Shown here piece after piece: positions 1 through 12,630 of a stretch of DNA of 64,000 nt (its first letter is position 1; each line of letters starts with the position of its first letter). The stretch lies in the NCBI RefSeq assembly GCF_006345805.1, contig NC_043004.1:67332001-67396000 (forward strand), read 5' to 3'. Origin of the DNA: Octopus sinensis. Lineage: Eukaryota. The notes under the pieces were generated by a model, which worked only from the letters and a program-made list of their open reading frames with translations, was not told the DNA's origin and ran no database searches. The translations under genes were made by a program, and so were the position numbers.

Positions 1-596
1 AGGAAAAAACCACCTTCTATCAATCAAGAATGAAAAATAAATATGCCATTTAGAAAAATTACGTATTATAGAAAGATGAAATATAAGATAAAACATATAA
101 CGATGATTAAGTAACGTGCAAAATAATAAATAGAACATATATATATGTGTGTGTGTGTGTTTATGTATATATGTATGTATGTATTACATTACTCGCGCAT
201 ACAGTCGATCATATGTGTATGCCTGTATGAATGAATGTTTGTGAAACATATGTAGTGGATAAGAGTATTACTGGAAATTAATACACATTGCATATTAGTA
301 CAATTATTACATGTTACATTCGTTTTGTGATAGATATCAGCTACGTACATTAACATGGGAGTATGCTATTTGGAATCAAACAGAGCTTAGAAATACCTTA
401 GAAATATATGATATAAATGGACTCAAATATGCCTTAGAAATACCTAAGAAGTATACAATACAACTGAGATAAACGTGGTCCGTTATTTTCGTGTGGTTAT
501 GCAAGCCATAGAAAACATCTGGTGTTTCTTCATTCCATCATAAAATAGGCACTATTTAGCTAGGAGGTATACAAACTTGGACATAAAATGATGATT

Positions 597-627
<31 letters not shown>

Positions 628-676
628 TGTATATACTGAACTTATATACATATATATATATATATTATATATATAT

Positions 677-736
<60 letters not shown>

Positions 737-772
737 TGTTAGATAGATATGTATGTATATAACGGAACGCAT

Positions 773-811
<39 letters not shown>

Positions 812-1592
812 CTATTATATTCTAGCAAATTGTATATGTGGGTGTGAGCTTGCATGTATGTACGTATGTGGGTGTTTGTATGTAAGTATCTATTTACGTA
901 TGTAATATGTCATCAGTAAAAAAAAAAACACATAAAAACATGAATAGTTTCGAGATGAAATCTCACCATAGAAAGAAGATTGAGAAAGATAAACACACAT
1001 ACACACACACATACAAAAAAATAATAATAATAAGTACACCAGAAAAATTAAAATAAAGTATAAAAATATATACGAGATACAAAGAAACCCTATATATTTT
1101 GTTGCTGTAACGAAAGAAAAAAAAAAACTCTTCGACGAGATATCATAATAGCCGCATAATCTTGCACTAACCTTTTCCTACAGAACATTATACAGATGTA
1201 TAGTATTGACTGGTAACGAAGTATAGGCTTAAAAGGTTTTGCAGATTTGCTTTGCATACGTGGAATCGACCATTAAATAAAAGAATAATGGACATTTTTG
1301 CTCCAGAAGACATCAATATCATTTTATAGAAATTTATGCGGCTAAAATCAATACGACGCCATTGTGTAGCCCCCGAACCAAATGGATCTGGACTCTTTGC
1401 AAGGTGTTGCCGTAATGATATATCTTATAATTCATGCACAACAACTAATAAGTCGCATTTGATTTTTGTCTATGAATAACGTATATATATGTATGTATGT
1501 GTATATACTAGTGCGTGTATCTGCAGTGGACCGTATGTGTTTATGTATCTAATACATTTTAATGTATATGTGTGTATGCATGTAACGTTCAT

Positions 1593-1634
<42 letters not shown>

Positions 1635-1648
1635 ACACACACACACAC

Positions 1649-1711
<63 letters not shown>

Positions 1712-1814
1712 GAACATACATATGTGTGTGAGCGTTTGGGTTCGGGAATTGTACTCATGTCTTCTGGAGCCCAAAGATGTCCCTTATTTATTTGGCTGGC
1801 TAATATGACTATTA

Positions 1815-1990
1815 CCCCGCTTTCAAAGGTGCAGTTGTCACAATCTGAGTTACGCGGAATCTCCCTGAGTATTACGTTCATGGTACGCGTGGCTCTGGAC
1901 TGCTGAGTCACGTGCACGTTAATCTCACGAGGACGCTGTTCTGTTAATCGATTCAACTGGAACACACCATAGTTAGCGACGGAGATCCAG
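1815..1990 (+). mobile_element. SINE family B 3' half
   Basis: TTGTCACAAT...GCACGTTAAT...CTGTT...ATTCAACTGG aligns with 26690-26820. Confidence 0.7.
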
Positions 1991-2384
1991 TTACTACTAT
2001 ATATATATATATGTGTGTGTATGTGTGTGTGTGTGTATGTGTGTGTATGTGTGTGTGTATGTCTTTCACTCTCCGCAGACACAACAATTCAGAGATACAT
2101 AGATATATAGATTGATTTAACTTTTCATTTGTTTCAGTTTATGAACTGTGGCCATGATTAGGCGCTATCTTGAAGGGGTTTGTCGAACAGATCGTCACCT
2201 ATACGTAATTTTGTCTCTAACCCAGGTACTTATACTTTTTGCAGCAACCCTCCATTGGGGAGCGTCATAAAACCGACTCCAGTTATCGAACGAAGGAGAG
2301 GAATGAATACAAAGCACAACACACGCTATCGACACGCTATCCCTGCCTGGAAAAACACCGAAGCTCAGACAAACCCAAATTACA

Positions 2385-2466
<82 letters not shown>

Positions 2467-2704
2467 AGAAAAACATCCAGATTACATATACATTTTTAGT
2501 TTATATGAGTAGTTAAAAGACATTACATGAAATACATACCAGTGATATTCTGGTGTTCTTTAGAGAAGTTATAACATATTTACTAATAGCGGTCGCCGAT
2601 TTGCTGCCTATTCTAAATATTTTGATATCCATTACCAGACCAGTTTTCATGTATATTTAAATTCACCGATGTACCATAGCTGTAATATTGGTTACTATTA
2701 TAGG

Positions 2705-3115
2705 CCTCTAATTTTGGGGTCGGAGTCCTTGTCGATTACATTGATCCAGTTCTTAGTAAGCTCGACCCTGACGGGATGGAAAGCAAAGACAGTCGAAATG
2801 CCAAGAGGCATTTTGTCCAGGGTGCAAAATGTTTTGCCATTTTGCCACTTTAAAGCGAAGGCTGTAATAGTACAAGTCGGCGTAGGGCGGTGAGACGGTA
2901 GAATCATTAGCCACGCCTGTTAAAGTGCCTGACGGGATTTCGTCATTCTTTGCGTTCTAAGTTTTACTTCCGCCGACGTTGCCTTTGCCTTTAATAATTT
3001 CGGTATCGATAAAAAAATTAAAAAACTACCAGGTAGGCACTGGAAGCAAAGTAATGGGTTCACTTTTTTCTCGAAATTGGTAGTCGTGAGCCAGAATGTG
3101 AAAAGAATATTACAG
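2705..3115. mobile_element. Two decayed family A SINEs, divergently oriented (minus 2705-2855, plus 2884-3115)
   Basis: Degenerate matches to the family A head and core on opposite strands. Confidence 0.6.
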
Positions 3116-3139
3116 GTAGATATTTGTGTTGGTAGCATT

Positions 3140-3557
3140 ATGAATGACGCTACTGCGATGGTTGATTGTTGCTGCAAGTGGAATGCAAGATACTCATGAT
3201 TACGTTGATGACAATAACCATGACGACGATGATGGCGATGACGGTGCAGCTGCTGGACTTGGTGATTCTGCTTCCGGTCATTGTTGTGCTTGATGTTGGT
3301 GATGTATTATCACGATGTAGGTAACAAAAGCAATAATGATGACGACGACGACGACGACGATGATGATGATGACGATGATGACGATGATGATGATGTTTGG
3401 CGATGACGGTTCTGCTGCTGGTATTGGTGATGCTGATGCTGGTCATTGTTGTTGTAGTTGATGTTGGTGATCCGTTGGTGATGTTGGTGATCTGTAACGA
3501 AAACAATAATGATGACCACGACGACTACGACGACGATGATGATGATGAAGAAGATGA

Positions 3558-3590
<33 letters not shown>

Positions 3591-3604
3591 GCATGAAGAT
3601 GATA

Positions 3605-3659
<55 letters not shown>

Positions 3660-4030
3660 AGACGCTCTTGATGTTGGGTGTTGCTACTGCTTATAATAAT
3701 GATGATGATAGCGATAAATACACCAAAATGTTGATGAATGTGTTGATGAGGTTAACGATGATGATGCTGATGGTGATGATGAGGAGGAGGAGCAGGAGGA
3801 GGAGGAGGTGGAGGAGGATTGTGATGATGGGAGCAGCTAGAGAAGCAACGCATAAGAAGTGGAAGAAGCGACGACGACGACAAAATGGAGTTGAAGATGA
3901 TGATGATGATGATGATGATTATGCTAATGATAATTTTAGTGGATTTCATAGAGATAAGGATGATGATGATGATGATGATGGGTATAATAACGATGACTAC
4001 GGCAATACTGATGATATACATTTTTAATTT
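3140..4030. repeat. Compound (GAT/GAC/GAG)n trinucleotide low-complexity tract
   Basis: Directly visible; a similar tract lies at 63310-64000. Confidence 0.9.
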
Positions 4031-4568
4031 GGCTGCATCTAATGAAAGTAGTCGATGTAGTTTGGCAGGTTAATTGAAGGGATGATTGCATTTAAATATC
4101 GACTAAATTTTTCTAAGACATGACAGTTGGGGCAGATGTCATTAATCATCACATACACACACACACACACACATACACACACACACACACATATATACAC
4201 AACAATATACTTAACATACAAGTACACATATTGGCGCATAATATAAATGCGTAAGTAAGCTCACGTTGGGTTTCTGACATTGACACGTACACAAAGGCCA
4301 ACATAAAGACACAGAACGCACCGTGGAATGTATCTAGAGGTAAGTAAACAGTAAACACACCGGTATACATGTATATACGTGCCTTTATAAGTGTTGGCAA
4401 ATGCTTACCTGCATATATACACACATGCATACACAAACGCATGCATACACAGTCACAGACACACACATATGAATACATATACATGCATATATCTTATGTA
4501 TATATATATACACACACACATTCATGTATATATAAATATTTATGAGTATATATATACATACATATATA

Positions 4569-4623
<55 letters not shown>

Positions 4624-4624
4624 G

Positions 4625-4655
<31 letters not shown>

Positions 4656-4759
4656 TCACGTTCACACCTATATATGAGGATATATGAACGCCTATATATC
4701 CTCATATATATATGAACGTGAATATATATATATATATTCACGTTCACACATATATATGA

Positions 4760-4801
<42 letters not shown>

Positions 4802-5666
4802 GTCTATATGTTCACAGACAAAGACACAGACATACACATGTGTACAGACACATACACTCACGCACAAATACGCCGATTGGCAGAATGTTGGTGAAAGAGT
4901 GACCGCTATGTATGTAAACCTCGCGCTCCTACATACTTCATTCTGCTGCCATGGGTGTTCTTGTCTATGTGAGTGCGTTTACCTATTTGCGTGAGGGTCT
5001 GAAACAGTGTTTATATGAGTGTGAGTCTAACACTGTGTGTTTCTAAGTGTGTATGATTCTTGATTCAATAGCAGCGTGTCACCGGAAACACAATTACAAC
5101 AATAACGAAAAACAATAAAGATAAAATCTTGTAACATCTCTTATATAATGTGTTGCCAATTCAATCTAATGCGAGGTGCTAAATATTTTGCTATAAATTA
5201 ACTCCGTTCTAATACACATGCATACATGATTGTCTATATTATACACAAAGTTACATATGGAGAAACACACACACAAATACATACGACTCTTTCGATGAGG
5301 GGAAACCTGAAAGTAATGTATAAGTTCCAATTTGAGATATCTCGGCAACGAATTAATAACCATAAACTCTATTCTTTTAGAGAGGATATATGGACATGTG
5401 AGTATGTTTGTGTGTGAGTGTGTGGGGAAGTGGGTGCGTGCGTTTGTGTCCCTGTAGTCTATAACTACGATCACTTACCTAATTACATTTTAGTAGTCGT
5501 TCGCACTGCTGGAGTTTGCAGCCAAATTTCCTTTAGATATACACTACCGTCTTAAGTAAGTGGGATTCTATGTAATGTAGAATAAGTTCTTAATACACAT
5601 GAAAATAATGCAAAATGTGCTAAACAACCACATTCATATTGTCATCTGTTTGTTACTATGGACTTA

Positions 5667-6056
5667 AGGCAGCGAGCTGGCAGAAACTTTGGCACGCCGG
5701 GCGAAATGCTCAGCGGTATTTCGTCTGCGAATACGTTCTGTGTACAAATTTCACCGAAGTCGACTTTACCTTTCATCCTTTCGGGGTCGATAAATTAAGG
5801 ACCAGTTACCCAGTGGGGTCGATATAATCGACTTAATCCGTTTGTCTGTCCTTGTTTGTCAAGAAATAGGTATTTTGTCTGCCGTTACGTTCTGAGTTCA
5901 AATTCCGCCAGGGTCGACTTTGCCTTTCATTTTTCGGGGTCGATAAATTAAGTTCCAATTACGCATTGGAGTCGATGTTATTGTCTTAATCCCTTTGTCT
6001 GTTCTTGTTTGTCCCCTCCATGTTTAGATCCTCGTGGGCAATAAAGAAATAAGAAA
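5667..6056 (+). mobile_element. SINE family A (tRNA-like head plus two tandem bodies)
   Basis: Head GGCAGCGAGCTGGCAGAA, B-box-like GAGTTCAAATTCC, and core GTCGACTTTGCCTTTCATCCTTTCGGGGTCGATAAATTAAG present twice. There are more than 15 related copies in the window. Confidence 0.9.
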
Positions 6057-6938
6057 CTATGGAATTTTGCACTTTTCTTCATTCATTGTCATCTTTGCAA
6101 GTTTGTATTATAATTCTTGACATGTATACACTGTAGCACTTTCTTCCGGTAACTCTAGAATGCGACTATGTTGAGATTTAGGCTAGGCTTTATAGTTTAA
6201 GCCCATGTTTAACTTTCACCTTGTTCAAATTTACGTGGAGTGTTTTCAATCGAAGGTTTTAAAATGATGTCAAGTCTTACTCGATTTTGGACTGATGTCA
6301 CTGTTTATTACGTCTTATTGGCTGATATCATTATGACGAACTATATACTTCCAGCTTTGCACCCATGATGATATCAGTTGTGACGACGTCTTTCATTATT
6401 CCACGAATGACTTCAATTCTGATGACGTCTTTGAGTATTCCACCAATGATTTCAATTGTGAAGACGTCTTTGAGTATTCGGCTGTAGACATGCCCAAGCT
6501 TTCTTAAGAGTTCCTGTATCAGGAGAGAAAGCAAACAGTTTTGGAAGTTCTACATAACATTTCTGGGAATGTTACTGTCGTGAAATACCGTTATATCTCG
6601 AAACTAATCCAAACGAAAAGAGTTCAGCTGACGCTACTGGTGTGTCTATTGTGTCTATGATTTATTGTATTAAAAAAAAATCAATACATTTCTTATGTTA
6701 CTGACCTGGTGATCAGCAAGGTTTTCAAAATGTAGTAACAGAATTCGACTGTCGAACCATTCTGTTACTACCTTAACAATGCGTGTTACTACCTTGACAA
6801 TGCAGAATGACATGTTATTGGAGAAGATAGATTCCATTTCACTATGAGTTCATCAACAAAATATACTGAAGATATTGATTAAATCTTGATCCATATAATT
6901 TTTTGCTGGGGTGGCCAACTAGGTTATAGTTTCTACAG

Positions 6939-6995
6939 GCCAAAGTAAAGCAGCTGAGTGATCCTTGGAAAGCCTCTCAGGTGTGCAATATAGAG
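6939..6995 (+). CDS. Candidate internal exon (phase 0-0) of an unknown gene: AKVKQLSDPWKASQVCNIE
   Basis: Acceptor TTATAGTTTCTACAG and donor GAG|GTATGT; 57 nt; only one of three frames is open. Confidence 0.45.
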
Positions 6996-7582
6996 GTATG
7001 TTATCTACAATCAATCTTTCTATGATCTGTGTTTTTACCTTAATTCGGTTTCTGTTTTATTTTTTCTCTCGAATAAACCCATAGTTTAACAATTCGTCGG
7101 GTTTAATATTTGTCGAAAGAAATACGTCACCGTATGATAACATGATAATTGAGCAACAACTGTACGAAAAGAAGGATATTGAAATTTCAGGGTGCAAGAA
7201 GGGATCCCTTCATCATTCCTACGAGAATCTTGGAGATGTGATGTCATTTTGGGTTGAATCTTAGAAGTTTATACTAAATCTAAATAACCTAAATAAACAT
7301 TATGGTTCTTAAGAGTTGGTCAAAATGTCACGTTCTTCTGATAAACACAAAAACATTTCTCAGATCGATTAACAGAATATAGACTGAGTGTATTTTCTTC
7401 GGTATATATAGAAGTTATCTAATGGAGAATATCACATCGACTGTTGAAATTTCGCTTCAGAATCCACATTTTGATCGTTGGAGAAAAGGTGAACAGCAAC
7501 CAATTCATTCCTGTTGAGTATCATACGAGCCAAAATATTGAGATTGTTCTTTAAGATATTGGATTAGTACATAGAAACATTA

Positions 7583-7740
7583 GGCGGCGATGTGACAGAA
7601 TCGTTAGCACGCTGGGTAAAATGCTTAGTGACATTTCGTCCGTCTTCACGTTCTGAGTTCAAATTCCGCCGAAGTTGACTATGACATTCATTTATTTCGA
7701 GTCGATAGAATAATTATTAGTTGAACACTGGAGTTCAGTA
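7583..7740 (+). mobile_element. SINE family A copy
   Basis: GGCGGCGATGTGACAGAATCGTTAGCACG...GAGTTCAAATTCCGCCGAAG...GTCGATAG. Confidence 0.85.
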
Positions 7741-7987
7741 AACCCTCACACAAAATTGACTTCTAAATTATTTCAACGATTTCGGAAATATAAAAAGTGG
7801 ACTTCAATGTGAATCACACTCTAAACGTAAAGAATGGTAGCTAAACAGGCACTTATGGAAAGAAATAGTATTTAGCTCCTCTACTTTTCTTTTCGTGGTT
7901 TTTGTTCTTGTAATAGGTTCATTTATATATACAACCAATAAATATTAATATCACTGTCATATGTGCGTGAGCGTGGATGTGTGTACT

Positions 7988-8037
<50 letters not shown>

Positions 8038-9699
8038 TGTGTGTGTGTCTGTTTGTATGTGTGTGTGCGTGTGTGTGTGTGTATGTATCAACTAACACCA
8101 ATATATTATTTAAAGAATGAAAAAATAACGTAAACATCTATATAAATATTTATCTATATATGTGCGCTAAAAAATGTAAATGGGAAATATAAAGATAATC
8201 TGGAATTCTATATTGTAATATCATAAAGATAATTAGATAGAATAAACAAGGCAAAAATAAATATCGTGAGGATTAATAACAATGTACAATGGTTTTAAAA
8301 GAAAAGAAAATCGAAACTGAAGTAGGAAGAATTATTTGCATACAAAAGGACGAAACTATAATATTTGGTTTTTATATGTGATGAGAACATAATTCAATGA
8401 AAAGGATTGGAGGAAGTCAAACCATATGAAACAGATTAAAACAGCGTTAGTAAAAATCAGTTCCACACCAGTAAAATCAAATATTCTGCTGTTTCTAAAT
8501 TCTATTGATAGCCCGAAGTAAGGGTGTCATGGAATCAGATTATCCGGTGCGGCCGCTTGGGCTCTGGCAATTTGCAGATGTGACTGCACATTGAATATGT
8601 TTTGGCGTTTGTAACCTTTGAAACTAAAGGTAAACACACTGGAACACACGAACATTTGCAGAACTCTGCGCACACACAAAGATTGAAAGGGTGACAGAGA
8701 CGAGGAAGGAAAGAAGGAAATAAAGATAATACAATTCCTAACTTAGATATGGTAGGCATAAACTCTCACATTTTCTCATATATAGAAAAAAGAAATATTC
8801 TCACTCATAAAAACATACAAAACGAAAACGATAGAGAGAGAAAGACGAAGGGACACCAAAGAAGTGAGTCAAAACGGATGTGACAAAACAACAGGATTTC
8901 AATGTAATCCTTTAATGTTTGTGTCACACTCAGTCATCTCACGTAACATCAGATGTTCTTTCTATATTGTATGTAGCGCAGAATGTTGCACCTACACAGA
9001 GTATGTCCCTGATTTAGAGATTTCTTCCCCATTATAACTTATTGTTTTGGGAAACTCGCTGCTATAGGCATATAGACAGTGTGTAGCAAGTATAGGGAAA
9101 AACAATGGACAGAATACAATAAAGAACAATAGCAATCTATTAGCCCCGAGAGTTACCCACTTTTTCCCACATATCGAAGTTACGAGGAAGTTCGATAATC
9201 TGATAGTTTCTGTATAGATAACAGACAGCGACTAGAGTTGCTCCAAATGGGAATAAAAATCCAAATTAAGGGAATGAAACAGGTAAAATGCATGCACCTT
9301 ATATTTCTTAGCTCGCTGAAGCTCTTCGTATAATAGTTATGCAACAATCTATGCTGATCGTAGCTAATCAAGACTGATCTCATTGCGTATCGTCTTAAGC
9401 AAATGTCATTTTACTTCGGTCTCAAGAAGATGGATCACTTGTGAGAAAATTAGGTACACAGAAACTTTGTGGCAGCCCATTCGACTAATATGTAAGTCTG
9501 ATGGAACCTTGTCACCCAATGTGTCATGGTTGTGCTTCCTGGAAAATGTCATTATGGGTACAAGTGTATGTAGAATGCTGAGCCATTAATAAGCAACAAT
9601 TCCAGTTGGTTTAGCAACTGATTCCTTACCGTTGGAAATTTCAGTCCATCCGTTTATCTACACACACATATACATCTATGTGCATAAACGCGCGTGTGT

Positions 9700-9705
9700 G
9701 TGTGT

Positions 9706-9751
<46 letters not shown>

Positions 9752-9766
9752 ATATATATATATATT

Positions 9767-9838
<72 letters not shown>

Positions 9839-10122
9839 TTATACATATATATTATATATATATATATATAATATATATGTATAAGTATATATATGTATCT
9901 GTAGATGTATATCGATATATATATATACACATATATGTATGTATATATATATGTGTGTGTGTATGTATATTTGTGTATATATATATATATGTATGTATAT
10001 ATATTATACACATATATCTTATATATATATATACATACATACATACACATATTTGTGCATATATATGTATATATTATATATATATCTTTCTTATATATAC
10101 ATACATATATATATATATTTAC

Positions 10123-10154
<32 letters not shown>

Positions 10155-10200
10155 GCATACATATACATAGAGACTGAGAGAGAGAGAGAGAGAGAAAGAA
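9700..10200. repeat. Long interrupted (TA)n microsatellite (others at 598-812, 4490-4800, 14385-14462, 23945-24045, 32177-32265, 35360-35700, 42178-42255, 52255-52500)
   Basis: Directly visible. Confidence 0.95.
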
Positions 10201-10721
10201 GGCAAGCATTGGAGAAAGAAAGGGAGAGGGATATATGGTTTTGGAGAGTTAAACTCGATAATGAAGTGAGCCGGAAGCTGACGTTGGCTCTAGAGTTGCG
10301 CTAAGGAGATGGAATGTTAGCTAATTAGGTACGCATAATGACAATTATGTAATATCATTGAATAATCGATTGAATGAAACTAGAACGATTCTGTTCGTTA
10401 TTCTATGTATCCTGAAAGCATGAAAGGTCACGAAGCCTTTGGCTGCCTTTGAACTCTGAACATACGGTTTCTCCACTCTCTTCAAATATCGCAATTAATA
10501 ATATTTCCATTGAAGAGACATAAGTATAAGTAGTGAAGAAGTACGCATTCACATAATGTTTCACTTTTCCCATCCCATCACCAGCATCCATGGTAGTTGT
10601 TAAGAAGTCTTATGTATGATTATCTACGTCATAAATATTCCATGGGAAATGGGACTAATTTGACTCTAGTTTCTAGTGTGGTCAAACATGACACAAAAAT
10701 ACACACACACACACACACACA

Positions 10722-10752
<31 letters not shown>

Positions 10753-10875
10753 CACAAATGCATATATGATATACTTCTTCACTTTCTATGTTTTTTTAAC
10801 TCTACTCGTATATTGAAATTATTTTCTGTACTGCTGGGATCTCTATTCCGTTATACTCACAACTGTGGTTAGTAG

Positions 10876-10965
10876 CCTTAGACATTCCGAGCAATACAAT
10901 AACTAGCAGTTCACCCAGTGTGACTGTTGGTCAAGCCAAATCTCATCTAAATATCACTGAACCAT
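10876..10965 (+). CDS. Candidate Ser/Thr-rich exon (phase 1-1): LDIPSNTITSSSPSVTVGQAKSHLNITEP
   Basis: Donor CAT|GTAAGT at 10966; possible acceptor AG at 10875 or 10881, both phase 1; weak polypyrimidine tract. Confidence 0.3.
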
Positions 10966-11171
10966 GTAAGTTATCAAACTTTACATACTCTTCCCACCCA
11001 CATCTGATATAAAAGCAGTAACTTCTTTTGTTTAGCACAAGGCCACTATTTGTAAGACGATTGGGTCAGTTGGTTCAGTTGACCCCTGTAAATTACTAGG
11101 TACATTACCCAAGTGAGGTAACAGACACTAACAGAGTGAGTAAATGAACCAGTATGTAAACAACTGTGTTT

Positions 11172-11308
<137 letters not shown>

Positions 11309-11476
11309 TAGATATATATACGGGTGTGTGTGGTTGTATATATATATTATATATTAATAAAAGGAATTCCCACCTTGTCTGATTTTCACGTTTTATTTAC
11401 AATCTTATAATGATATAAGATAATATAATATAATAAAATAGAATAAAATAATAGAATGTTAAATGTTCATTCTGAT

Positions 11477-11521
11477 TGAACTAGTACTTTCATGCATTAA
11501 ATTCTGCAATCTTCAGGTTCA
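11477..11521 (-). ncRNA. Minimal type I hammerhead ribozyme in the PLE terminal region
   Basis: The minus strand reads tgaac-CTGAAGA-t-tgca-gaatttaa-tgca-t-GAAA-gtac-TA-gttca. Stem I is tgaac/gttca, the core is CUGAAGA and GAAA, stem II is tgca/tgca, stem III is the palindrome AGTACT, and the cleavage triplet is CUA. Confidence 0.8.
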
Positions 11522-11579
11522 TGTAGTAGTGGTGACAGTCATGCTTCACAATTTTTGACTGTAGTGAGATGATTGAATC

Positions 11580-11700
11580 TGTGCCTTAAATACACCTGTG
11601 TGGGCTCCAGATTGCTAGGTTTTGCAAACTGTTTTCTGACCTATCAGTGTGTAGTATAACTCAATTACTTAAGCTGATTGGTTGGTTGAGCTGATTGGTT
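11580..11700 (-). promoter_or_regulatory. Probable Pol II promoter of the PLE pseudo-LTR
   Basis: There are two CCAATCAG boxes (ATTGG at 11677-11681 and 11694-11698 on +) and a TATA-like GTATTTAA (11586-11593, minus). They lie between the GIY-YIG stop and the hammerhead. Confidence 0.5.
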
Positions 11701-11948
11701 TAGGCGTCACGCTTTGTTGGACATGTCAAGAGTCCTGTATCTTAACCCTGGCCGAGGCAGCAATTGTTGGGTTATTTTTAGAAATGTTGTAAATAGCCTT
11801 TGTCAGAGATTTTTATATTTTCATATTTCAATTGCCATCATCATCATAATTGTCAGCACCTTAATAATTTGTTGCTGGTGGTGATGGTGGTGGCAATAGA
11901 ACTTTTAACCCTAAATAAGATAATTTTCCTGCTATCTAAGTATTATTA

Positions 11949-12386
11949 TTATTGCTTATTTAGCTTGGGTTCGAATTTATCAATAAAATTATTTTCTCTG
12001 ATTTTCCTCTCGATTTCACTTGGGTTGTGTAATTTGTAGAATGGAAATATTATATATATTTTCCGACCACGTGTTGCTAGGTGGTTACCCAAATGTATCT
12101 TCCCGACCTCTGGGTCTCTAATCTGTTGTCGGTGTACGCGTGAGCGTTCTGATAGTGCATTTCCCGTCTGACCTACATATATTTCTTCACAATTCGGGCA
12201 TTTGATGCAGTAAAATAAATTTTTGCTTTTGCAGTTCATATTCACGTTTGTGAATATTTTCCCGGTTTTTGTGTTTATATATTGGCCGGTATGTATGAAT
12301 TGGCATGTGCCACAGCGGCTATCATCTCATTTAGATACAGTGAATGTTTGGTCTTTGTTGCTAAGGTAAAATTTTGCCTTTGTTAG
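11949..12386 (-). mobile_element. Penelope-like element (PLE), C-terminal linker plus GIY-YIG endonuclease, pseudogenised
   Basis: The minus frame reads LTKAKF...VSK*DDSRCGTCQFI...NCKSKNLFYCIKCPNCEEIYVGQTGNALSERSRVHRQQI...FPFY...RKIRENNFIDKFEPKLN. This is the PLE-type GIY-YIG (Y-C-x-C...Y-V-G-Q-T, R, H, E...P-x-L-N) with the upstream CxxC linker, and it has one in-frame stop. Confidence 0.92.
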
Positions 12387-12630
12387 TATATTGAAAAGGC
12401 ATGGAAGAGATACGTTGACGACTGCTTCATAATCTGGACAGAATCTCTAAATACCCTGGAAGAGTTCAATATCCTCCTGAACAACCTACACCGATCTCTC
12501 CAATTTACCAATGAGATGAGTAGTATCAAATTACCATTCCTAGATATAATGGTAATTAAAAAAGACACCACCATCACCACAGATATATACTATAAACACA
12601 CAGCAGCACATCAATACCTAAATGCAACCA
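12387..12630 (+). mobile_element. PLE reverse transcriptase fragment (motif C to thumb), inverted relative to the endonuclease
   Basis: The plus frame from 12387 reads YIEKAWKRYVDDCFIIW...LQFTNEMSSIKLPFLDIMVIKKDTTITTDIYYKHTAAHQYLN. RYVDD, LPFLD and TDIYYKxT..HQYL are PLE RT signatures. Confidence 0.92.

Noticed and set aside
1184-1403. Acceptor CTAACCTTTTCCTACAG at 1183 and a short frame at 1307-1403
   Set aside because: Donors are weak, and joining the two pieces creates a TGA. It could not be chained to other exons.
1724-2082. Protein-looking middle of ORF 1549-2082 (SNWISVANYGVFQL...)
   Set aside because: The DNA aligns with SINE family B at 26690-26820, so it is the antisense of a repeat.
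3397-4027. Poly-Asp and poly-Met ORFs suggesting an acidic biomineral protein (also 63541-63855)
   Set aside because: Drifting GAT/GAC/GAG tracts with frame-breaking interruptions and no signal peptide or splice support.
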